Positions 1 to 7,551 of a DNA stretch of 64,000 bases are shown in pieces (the stretch's first letter is position 1; the number at the start of each line of letters is the position of its first letter). The stretch spans positions 75,463 to 139,462 of the forward strand of contig DXDN01000006.1 in the NCBI GenBank assembly GCA_019115455.1. Direction: 5' to 3'. Source of the DNA: Candidatus Eubacterium faecigallinarum (GTDB lineage Bacteria > Bacillota > Clostridia > Oscillospirales > Acutalibacteraceae). Both the position numbers and the translations under genes were made by a program. The notes under the pieces were generated by a model. The model was not told the origin of the DNA. It did no database searches and saw nothing but the letters and a program-made list of their open reading frames with translations.

Positions 1-243
1 GACGGAGGCGACGCCGACATTCCAGCACACACATTCGTCAATGATTTTATCATAAAGCATATCACGCTTTTTTTCTGATATTTTTTTGGAATCGTTTACG
101 CCCTCGATAACATGTCCCTCGGGCAAAATTACAGCGGCGGCATAAACAGGTCCTGCCAGCGGTCCCCTGCCTGCCTCATCGACTCCGCAGATAATTTTAT
201 AGCCTTTGCTTAAAGCAAAATTCTCATATTCAAGCCAGTTCAT
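1..243 (-). CDS. rnhB: Ribonuclease HII, N-terminal part (gene runs off the left edge)
   Basis: My reverse translation from 243 gives [40 protein letters not shown]..., which contains the RNase [17 protein letters not shown] catalytic motif. Its ATG overlaps the rbgA TGA (ATGA), matching the usual Firmicutes rbgA-rnhB order. Confidence 0.85.
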   Translation of the reverse strand, partial: MNWLEYENFALSKGYKIICGVDEAGRGPLAGPVYAAAVILPEGHVIEGVNDSKKISEKKRDMLYDKIIDECVCWNVGVASV

Positions 244-1109
244 ATACGGGGTAATTCAAGGGTAATTTTTCCCAAGCGTCCTCCTCTGAATTCATCGCAA
301 AGCATTACTGCCGTGCGCTCGTAATCAATTTCTCCGCCTTTTATAAGAAAGCCGCGTTTTCTGCCTATAAGCTCGAAAATCTCCCAGCCCTGCAAGCCGT
401 CTATGCTATCAAGTTTATAGCGCTGAAGAATCGCCTGGGGATGAGTTTCTGACAGAATTTCCAGCAATCTGCAAGACAAAGACTGCATGTCCGTTACTGT
501 ATCTTTAACAGCTCCTGTAAAAGCAAGCTTGTCGCCAACCATTGTGTCGTCAAATTTAGGCCAAAGCACTCCGGGAGTATCAAGAAGCTCAATTCCGTTT
601 CCCACAGCAAACCACTGCTGCTGGCGTGTGACGCCAGCTTTGTCAGCAACTTTTGCCTTCGAGTTCTTTGCCATACGGTTAATAAACGATGATTTGCCGG
701 TATTCGGTATTCCTACAACCATAAGACGCAGAGCCTTGCCCTGCATGCCTTTCTGCTCATTTCTTTTTATAACTTCTGACAAAGCTGAAGATACGGTTTT
801 ACTGAATAAATTCAAGCCTTTTCCTGAGCGGCAATCCACAGCAAGTGCAAATTTATTGTGGGAGCGGTAGTAATCTATCCACATTTTTGTGGCAGAGGGG
901 TCTGCAAGATCACACTTATTAAGCAGGATGATCCTGGGTTTATCCTTAATCATCCTGCCAAGTTCCGGATTGGAGGAGCTATAAGGAATCCTGGCGTCTA
1001 CAATTTCCACAACGCCATCAACTAATTTTAGGCTGTCACGTATAATTCTGCGGGTTTTTGCCATATGGCCGGGGAACCACTGAACCGTTTGCTTTTGAAA
1101 ATCAGCCAT
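240..1109 (-). CDS. rbgA: Ribosome biogenesis GTPase A (YlqF/RbgA)
   Basis: 289 aa with the WFPGHMAK N-terminus, circularly permuted GTPase motifs (LLNKCDL ... GIPNTGKSS ... DTPG), and a position upstream of rnhB. Confidence 0.9.
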   Translation of the reverse strand: MADFQKQTVQWFPGHMAKTRRIIRDSLKLVDGVVEIVDARIPYSSSNPELGRMIKDKPRIILLNKCDLADPSATKMWIDYYRSHNKFALAVDCRSGKGLNLFSKTVSSALSEVIKRNEQKGMQGKALRLMVVGIPNTGKSSFINRMAKNSKAKVADKAGVTRQQQWFAVGNGIELLDTPGVLWPKFDDTMVGDKLAFTGAVKDTVTDMQSLSCRLLEILSETHPQAILQRYKLDSIDGLQGWEIFELIGRKRGFLIKGGEIDYERTAVMLCDEFRGGRLGKITLELPRI

Positions 1110-1173
1110 ATAATCCGCCTTTCAAATTTATGAACAAAATACTGACAGCCGAAAATATAATATAAACAATCGG

Positions 1174-3348
1174 CTATTCAGAAAAACTTTTAACATCGCC
1201 ATACATTGATTTCTGTCGCTTGGCAGAATAACTAAGCATAGCATAGTCCTTAGCATTGATGATACCGTCATTGTTAACATCAAATAGCGATGATGAATCA
1301 AACAAACTTATAAGTCCTAATGATGAGGTTTTCTTATTTAAATAATAACTGTCCCACAAATACAGTATTTCCTGCGGAGATTTAATATAATAATCGTCCT
1401 GTTGTTCAGAAATATACGCATAATTGCCCCTATTTGTTACTTTCCCGAACAAAATGTCACAGCCCAAGGCAAAATAATTCATCATTCTTTCACATCCGTA
1501 GAATGCCTTGTTATAATAGCTGGTGAAGAAATCGTTATCAGATATCTGAGCAATAATTAATGAAGCGCAATTTTTAAACATTCCGGTAAAAGTATTATCA
1601 TTCTGCGGCATAATAACTTCCATAAGCTTGCCGCAATTTTGAAATGCATATCTTCCGCATTTTACGACCCTGGGAGCTATAACTTTCTTGAGATTAGGGC
1701 AGTTTGAAAAGGCATACTCTCCAATCTCAGTTATCGTATCAGGCAAAACAATTGTTTCAACGCTCTCATTGCCGGCAAAACAAAATGCTCCTATTTTTGT
1801 TACCGTCATATTATTTATGCTTTCAGGCACAGTAATACTGCTCTGGCTGAGCTGGCAGTAACTAATGCTCTTTGACGCCGAAGAATAGTTGTAATCATTT
1901 TCGTTACAGCACGGAGCCGCAATATGGTAAAGAATGCTCTTTTCGCATCCCGGCGAATAAGCAACTGCATTTACAACATATTCCCTGTCAAAAGTAACTG
2001 TCGAACCTTCGACATATTTATAATGATTTGTAAAGTAATCAGTTTCAAGCGGATATACAACTGCCGAGCCTGAATTTAATCTGCTGAGATAATAGTAAAC
2101 CTGTGTATCATCGTCGCAGTCAAATGTAATTTCGCTGTAACCTGTTTCGTTATTTTCAGTAATTGTATAGTCAAACTGAGCTGTTGGAAGCTCAAGCTCG
2201 GTTACATTCTTAATGGCGGCATAAGCATCGACTATATCACGGGATGTATTGGATTCGTTAGGTGACATAGCAGTGTCGGATATGCAGGTTTTAATTTCAT
2301 ATGTAGACAAACTGTCGTCAACCGTAAGCAGATTGGCTACAACTGCCGCAACTACAGGAGTGGCAGCCGAAGTGCCCTTCCAGTAAATATCTTTTCCTCT
2401 GTAATTACTTCTTACATTAGCGCCTGTTGCATAGGTAAATATGCCTGTGCCGTAATTGCTGGATGTATCAAGTGATTTGGACTCTGTCATACTGCCTATT
2501 GCCAAAACCTCTGAAAATTCAGCCGGGTACTGATTATAAACAGAAAGATTTTTACTGTCATTACCGGCGGCAGCAAGCATAATTACACCCTTAAGATTGG
2601 CTTTAATGATTGATTTATAAAGAGTCAAGTCAATATCTTCGCCGCCAAAGCTCATATTTATTATATCGCAGCCGTCACTAACCGCCTTGTCAATGGCAGC
2701 GGCGGCGCTGGCAGTAGAAATATCAGTACCGGAGCCAGCCTTATATGAATACACCTTAACATTATCCGGTGTGTTGTACAGCAATGTGCCTGCCACATAT
2801 GAGCCGTGATAATCTTCGCCGGGCAAAGAGTCACTTCCTCCTACTATGCGACCTGCGAACGAATCGTTATTTTCAACTCCTGTATCTATTACAGCCACTC
2901 TGATTTCAGGCGGGTCGCTAAAATACTCGTCAATAAGCTTTAACGCATCATCAATATTGCTGTTGGCTGTGGCGTAGCATTCTGTGGCAGACAACTGAAC
3001 ATCATCAGTATGCATTACCTTGTCACGTCTTACAGACTCTACATCTTCAAGGGATTCATAGTATTTCTGGGCAGCAAGAGTATCTTCTTCATTCTTAAAC
3101 TGTAAATAATATGTATTATCATAACCGGAAGCGGTTTGAACAGCATTGAGAAAATCAATTTCTTCCCTACTGCACACTGTAAGGCGGTTGGTTATTTCGC
3201 CGTCAAATTCACTGACCTGAGCCCAGTATTTGTCAATCTGCTTTTTTTCCACGGACTGCTTGATAACGTCAGATAAGCATAGTAATCCCATAGACAGCAT
3301 TGAGAAAATCAATACAGATGACAGAATTACTGACACTTTCTTTTTCAT
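1174..3348 (-). CDS. Secreted subtilisin-like (S8) serine peptidase with BspA-type leucine-rich repeats and a C-terminal dockerin-like calcium-binding segment
   Basis: The N-terminus looks like a signal peptide. The catalytic triad contexts are VAVIDTGV (Asp), HGSYVAGT (His) and GTSAATPVVAAV (Ser). Repeated IGxxAFxxCxxL motifs follow, and DVNNDGIINAKDYAML lies near the C-terminus. Confidence 0.8.
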   Translation of the reverse strand: MKKKVSVILSSVLIFSMLSMGLLCLSDVIKQSVEKKQIDKYWAQVSEFDGEITNRLTVCSREEIDFLNAVQTASGYDNTYYLQFKNEEDTLAAQKYYESLEDVESVRRDKVMHTDDVQLSATECYATANSNIDDALKLIDEYFSDPPEIRVAVIDTGVENNDSFAGRIVGGSDSLPGEDYHGSYVAGTLLYNTPDNVKVYSYKAGSGTDISTASAAAAIDKAVSDGCDIINMSFGGEDIDLTLYKSIIKANLKGVIMLAAAGNDSKNLSVYNQYPAEFSEVLAIGSMTESKSLDTSSNYGTGIFTYATGANVRSNYRGKDIYWKGTSAATPVVAAVVANLLTVDDSLSTYEIKTCISDTAMSPNESNTSRDIVDAYAAIKNVTELELPTAQFDYTITENNETGYSEITFDCDDDTQVYYYLSRLNSGSAVVYPLETDYFTNHYKYVEGSTVTFDREYVVNAVAYSPGCEKSILYHIAAPCCNENDYNYSSASKSISYCQLSQSSITVPESINNMTVTKIGAFCFAGNESVETIVLPDTITEIGEYAFSNCPNLKKVIAPRVVKCGRYAFQNCGKLMEVIMPQNDNTFTGMFKNCASLIIAQISDNDFFTSYYNKAFYGCERMMNYFALGCDILFGKVTNRGNYAYISEQQDDYYIKSPQEILYLWDSYYLNKKTSSLGLISLFDSSSLFDVNNDGIINAKDYAMLSYSAKRQKSMYGDVKSFSE

Positions 3349-3423
3349 GCGTATCCCTCAAATCCGCAGAATCTTTATATTTAATTCTATTATAAATAAT
3401 CTCGAAATATTTTTCAAGTATTT

Positions 3424-3459
3424 ACGAAAAAGAAAAAAGACCGTATAAAAACGGTCTTT
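3424..3459 (-). terminator. Rho-independent terminator downstream of rplS
   Basis: Hairpin aaagaccgt/acggtcttt (3436-3444 / 3451-3459) followed on the minus strand by ttttttcttttt. Confidence 0.7.
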
Positions 3460-3473
3460 TAACTGTTTTAAAA

Positions 3474-3818
3474 TTACTGAAGGTTTTCCTTAACCTTAGC
3501 AGCCTTACCAACACGGTCACGAAGATAGTAGAGCTTAGCTCTGCGAACCTTACCGGAACGAACTACCTCAACCTTAACTACGTTTGGAGAATGCATTGGG
3601 AAAACTCTCTCAACACCTACGCCATAGGATACACGGCGAACGGTGAAAGTCTTGGAAATACCTGAGCCTTTGATGGCGATTACAGTACCCTCAAACATCT
3701 GGATTCTCTCACGTGAACCCTCGCGAATGTTTACAGATACTTTTACGGTATCACCGATACCAAACTTTGGAAGCTCTGCTTTAGTGCTGTCTTTTTCAAT
3801 TAATTTAAGTGCGTCCAT
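3474..3818 (-). CDS. rplS: 50S ribosomal protein L19
   Basis: 114 aa; FGIGDTVKV...[11 protein letters not shown]...FTVRR...GVERVFP.HSP is characteristic of L19. A GGAGG SD lies upstream. Confidence 0.95.
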   Translation of the reverse strand: MDALKLIEKDSTKAELPKFGIGDTVKVSVNIREGSRERIQMFEGTVIAIKGSGISKTFTVRRVSYGVGVERVFPMHSPNVVKVEVVRSGKVRRAKLYYLRDRVGKAAKVKENLQ

Positions 3819-3942
3819 TTTCTTTCCTCCTGATTTTTTATGAGATGTTCATATCATTACTGAAAGCGGACCATCTTCTTAAATGCTCACACATAGGGCA
3901 TTCAGCGCGTTGCAAGAGATACAACGGATTAAATGCTGATAT
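3819..3942 (-). promoter_or_regulatory. rplS 5' leader of about 115 nt; candidate L19 autoregulatory leader
   Basis: The UTR between the predicted promoter and the SD is long. It can form a two-tier hairpin (GCATT..CGTTG-loop-CAACG..AATGC), and a second GCATT copy could pair alternatively with the same AATGC. Confidence 0.3.
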
Positions 3943-3971
3943 ATAATACCACAACGCATTTGAAAATGCAA
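3943..3971 (-). promoter_or_regulatory. Sigma-A type promoter for rplS
   Basis: Minus strand reads TTGCAT - 17 nt - TATTAT. Confidence 0.6.
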
Positions 3972-3977
3972 GTATTT

Positions 3978-4643
3978 TTATCGGAATTCTTTATAATTCT
4001 TATCAAGCAGAGAAAGCCTTGAAATACTCTTCCACTCAAAATCTGTTTCTATATGCCTGATAAGCGTATCGAAAAGAAGCGTTGGATTAAGATTCTTCTC
4101 ATTTCCTGCCATAAGCCTTACGTTAATAACAACGAGGTCGTCCCTGACGGAAATATTATATTTGTCAATATATTGCTTTATATCAACGTCCTTTAATACC
4201 TTTTTCCTTCCCTGCTTACCTTTTTTCTGAGCTAAAATTTCGCTGAGTTCAAACACGGATTTGATTTTCTCAGCAGCTTTTTCACAGTCAGTAAAGCTGA
4301 TTTTAAACACATAATCGGAATACATAATTTCAGAGCTGTCCCTAAAATCATCATAGACGTCAAGAATTCTCAGGTCAGCAGGCAAAACATCATTCATACG
4401 TTTCTTTATTTCATCGTTTGAAATTTCGTCAATAAGCCTGATATCGACATATTCACAGAGACTTTCAACACCCAGAGACAGCGGAAGCGAAAAGCTCATA
4501 TAAGCGTGCGGATTATAACCCTCAGTAAACCAAAGCGGAATATCAGCTCGCCTGAAAGCCCTTGACAGCGCCCTGTTAATATCAAGATGACTTATATATT
4601 TGAGTCTTCCCTGCTTACAAAAACGGAGTCTAACCTCTCGCAT
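3978..4643 (-). CDS. TIGR03936-type (DUF2344) radical-SAM-associated protein
   Basis: The N-terminus MREVRLRFCKQGRLKYISHLD... is typical of this family, and the gene lies immediately downstream of the TIGR03960-type radical SAM gene. I moved the start to the ATG at 4643, which overlaps the upstream stop by 14 nt. Confidence 0.7.
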   Translation of the reverse strand: MREVRLRFCKQGRLKYISHLDINRALSRAFRRADIPLWFTEGYNPHAYMSFSLPLSLGVESLCEYVDIRLIDEISNDEIKKRMNDVLPADLRILDVYDDFRDSSEIMYSDYVFKISFTDCEKAAEKIKSVFELSEILAQKKGKQGRKKVLKDVDIKQYIDKYNISVRDDLVVINVRLMAGNEKNLNPTLLFDTLIRHIETDFEWKSISRLSLLDKNYKEFR

Positions 4644-6471
4644 CGCACTTACCTCCGTTAAGTTTATTTGCTCCGCATCCTGAGCAGTGGATTCTGCAAT
4701 GTGGAGTTGTTTCATTCCTGTGAGCCTTTTTATTCTCGTTTTCCAGGAATTTTCTGCTCACGCCGAAATCAATATGATCCCACGGAAGAAGCTCTGAAAA
4801 CTCCCTTTTCCTGCGTGTATAAAAATACGGGTCTATGCCGTTTTCCTCAAAAGCCTGCATCCACATATCAAATTTAAACTTGTCATCCCATGAATCGAAT
4901 TTGCACCCAAGTTCAAAAGCCCTGAGAATAACTTTGCCAAGACGTCTGTCGCCTCTGGCAAGGACTCCCTCAAGGAGAGACGTAGGAGTCTCATGGTATG
5001 ATACCTTTATTTTCTTAGAACCTACGGATTCAAGCAGATATTTCTGCTTTTCCTTTAGCGATTCCATGCTGTCCTCCGGCTCCCACTGAAACGGAGTAAA
5101 CGGCTTAGGAATAAAAGAAGCGCACGAAACGGAGACCTGAACGCCTGTACCTTTCTTAGAAGAAGATGTGTTGTAAAAAGTATGAATAACCTTCATAGCA
5201 AGGTCAGCGATACCCTTTATATCCTCCATTGTTTCAGTAGGCAGTCCCATCATGAAATAGAGTTTTACAGATGTCCATCCGTTTTCAAAGGCTTTGGAAC
5301 AGGTTGCAATAACCTCTTCCTCAGTAACATTTTTATTAATAACATCTCTGAGGCGCTGGGTGCCTGCTTCAGGCGCAAAGGTAAGACCGCTGCGCCGAAC
5401 CTTATTGAGCTTTTCAACAAGCTCATCGGAAAAGTTATCTACTCTTAAACTCGGAAGCGAAAGATTGATATTCTCCCCTACCGTCCAGTCAATAAGCGTA
5501 TTAAGCATATTATTGACATCACTGTGGTCTGAGGTAGAAAGCGAACAAAGGGAAATTTCATCATAGCCGGTTGAATCGACAAGTGCCCTGCACTGACTGT
5601 TAATTGTCTCAACACTTTTTTCACGTATAGGTCTGTAAATAAAGCCAGCCTGGCAGAATCTGCATCCTCTTATACAACCTCGGAAAATTTCCTCTACCGC
5701 TCTGTCGTGAACGATATTTATATACGGCACAACAAATTTGTCAGGATAATACACCGTGTTCATGTCGGATATTATTGACTTCTTTACTTTCGACGGAGCG
5801 TCCTCCAGCGGTGTCAGAGATTTAAGCGTGCCGTCATCGTTATATTCGTCTTTATATAGAGACGGAACGTATATACCGTCAATTTCTTTTGCTTTAAGAA
5901 GAAATTCGTGCTTGGAAAGTCCGTTTTGCTTACAATACTTAAGCAGGTCAATAACATTATTAGTGCTTTCCTCACCCTCGCCGAGAAATACAATATCAAC
6001 AAAATCGGCAATAGGCTCAGGGTTACAGCAACACGGACCACCCACTGCAATTATCGGCAAAAGTGATTCTCTTTTACTGCTGAGAAGTTCGATTCCTGAA
6101 AGATCAAGCATATTAAGCACATTGGTGTAAGAAAGCTCGTATTGCAATGTAAAGCCTATCAGGTCAAACTCCTTTACATAGTCACCGCTTTCAAGAGCGA
6201 AAAGCGGTATGTTATTCTTCCTGAGCTGTTCCTCCATATCAGTGTCCGGAGCAAACACCCTCTCGCACCAGGCGTCCTCACGCTCATTGACAAGTCCGTA
6301 AAGGATTTTCATTCCGAGATGGCTCATTCCGATTTCGTATGTGTCAGGAAAACAAAATGCATATCTGATATCCACTTTGCTTTTTTCCTTCATTACTGAA
6401 TTAACCTCGCCGCCGATATAGCGTGCCGGCTTCTGCACATACTGTAATATTTTTTCTACTTCCTTTTTCAT
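4630..6471 (-). CDS. TIGR03960-type radical SAM protein with an N-terminal B12-binding-like domain
   Basis: 613 aa with the CIRGCRFCQAG CX3CX2C motif, the family-typical N-terminus KPARYIGGE.N, and an extra C-terminal Cys cluster (HCRIHCSGCG). Confidence 0.8.
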   Translation of the reverse strand: MKKEVEKILQYVQKPARYIGGEVNSVMKEKSKVDIRYAFCFPDTYEIGMSHLGMKILYGLVNEREDAWCERVFAPDTDMEEQLRKNNIPLFALESGDYVKEFDLIGFTLQYELSYTNVLNMLDLSGIELLSSKRESLLPIIAVGGPCCCNPEPIADFVDIVFLGEGEESTNNVIDLLKYCKQNGLSKHEFLLKAKEIDGIYVPSLYKDEYNDDGTLKSLTPLEDAPSKVKKSIISDMNTVYYPDKFVVPYINIVHDRAVEEIFRGCIRGCRFCQAGFIYRPIREKSVETINSQCRALVDSTGYDEISLCSLSTSDHSDVNNMLNTLIDWTVGENINLSLPSLRVDNFSDELVEKLNKVRRSGLTFAPEAGTQRLRDVINKNVTEEEVIATCSKAFENGWTSVKLYFMMGLPTETMEDIKGIADLAMKVIHTFYNTSSSKKGTGVQVSVSCASFIPKPFTPFQWEPEDSMESLKEKQKYLLESVGSKKIKVSYHETPTSLLEGVLARGDRRLGKVILRAFELGCKFDSWDDKFKFDMWMQAFEENGIDPYFYTRRKREFSELLPWDHIDFGVSRKFLENENKKAHRNETTPHCRIHCSGCGANKLNGGKCDARG

Positions 6472-6492
6472 CTCAACCTCGTGTTAAAATAT

Positions 6493-7020
6493 TCACCTCA
6501 AAAAGGTGTAGGCAATAAGATATACCGCTGTTAAAAGCAGTGAAAAATTCTTATATTTAAAAATCATAATTGCCGACAGTATAACTATCAGCAAAAGGAA
6601 TATTTTACTTATATTCCGTGAAAGTCTGTATGAAAACAGCTCAACTATTCTGCCGCCGTCCAGCGGATATATAGGCAGGATATTCAAACAAAACAAAATC
6701 AAATTAATATCATCATGTAAAAAAGCAAAGAGAATCAAATTTGCGGCAGGTCCGGCAAAAATCACAAAAAATTCTCTGACACGTGAAAGTGTCTGTTCAT
6801 ATTTCAGCGCAAGTCCGTAGAATGAAAATTTAAGGCTTTGAGGTCTTCCGCCGAGAAGAATGAGCGCTGTCATATGGGAAAGCTCGTGAATTCCGGAAAA
6901 AAGAAGCAGATAAAATAAATCTTCCGCCTCAAGCATAGCCGCAAAGGACAAAACAAGCACAAAGGAAAAATCAACTGTTATCCTGCAACCTTTAACGCTG
7001 AAGCTCAATAAAATCACCAA
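6493..7020 (-). CDS. Small site-2 protease family (M50) membrane metalloprotease
   Basis: HELSH (HExxH) sits in a TM segment, LPIYPLDGGRI supplies the second metal-ligand motif, and the protein is multi-TM. The start is uncertain (TTG/GTG, no clear SD). Confidence 0.65.
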   Translation of the reverse strand: MVILLSFSVKGCRITVDFSFVLVLSFAAMLEAEDLFYLLLFSGIHELSHMTALILLGGRPQSLKFSFYGLALKYEQTLSRVREFFVIFAGPAANLILFAFLHDDINLILFCLNILPIYPLDGGRIVELFSYRLSRNISKIFLLLIVILSAIMIFKYKNFSLLLTAVYLIAYTFLR

Positions 7021-7049
7021 TTAATTTTACGGTGATTTAATCGGAGAAA

Positions 7050-7466
7050 TTACCTGTTGTTTTTCCTGTCAAGATAATCCTGAAGAATAACTACTGCCGA
7101 TACAGCATCTACGGTATTCTTACGTTTCTTGCCTCTGACATTATTGGAGGACAAAATATCGTGTGCAATAACGGTGGTAAGCCTCTCGTCCTCATAATCA
7201 ATTTCTGCATCGCAGAGTTCTGAGAGCAAGTCACCGAGCTGTCTGCATTTTTCGCATCGGAATCCGTATGTTCCGTCCATATTTCTGGGCAGTCCTATAA
7301 TAATCTTACCGGGCTTTTCCTTTTTAGCTATCTCGGCAATCCTGTCTGCAAGCTTTGGAGCATAGGATTCGTTAATTACGCAATAAGATGAGGCAAGGGT
7401 CTCGTTTATATCACTCATAGCAATGCCTGTTCTGGCATCGCCGTAATCAACTGACATAATTTTCAT
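7050..7466 (-). CDS. ruvX: Holliday junction resolvase-like protein RuvX/YqgF
   Basis: 138 aa; MSVDYGDARTGIA... and GLPRNMDGT are YqgF family signatures. Confidence 0.9.
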   Translation of the reverse strand: MKIMSVDYGDARTGIAMSDINETLASSYCVINESYAPKLADRIAEIAKKEKPGKIIIGLPRNMDGTYGFRCEKCRQLGDLLSELCDAEIDYEDERLTTVIAHDILSSNNVRGKKRKNTVDAVSAVVILQDYLDRKNNR

Positions 7467-7500
7467 TAATACTGTCCTTACCTCCTCAAATTCAAATCAA

Positions 7501-7528
7501 GGGGAAATCAGCAAAATACGATTTCCCC
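7501..7528 (-). terminator. Probable terminator after the PBP gene
   Basis: 9-bp stem ggggaaatc/gatttcccc, with a moderately T-rich tail on the minus strand. Confidence 0.5.
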
Positions 7529-7551
7529 TTTAAATTTATTTATATTATCAA

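Noticed and set aside
487-870. A 127-aa plus-strand ORF and many similar 60-150-aa ORFs nested in annotated genes (for example 5756-6130, 9454-9900, 13325-13756, 35185-35637, 43183-43710, 52136-52570, 53166-53600, 55774-56238, 57359-57853, 61393-61929)
   Set aside because: Each is fully contained in, and out of frame with or antisense to, a gene with strong family motifs. None has a recognisable SD or family signature.
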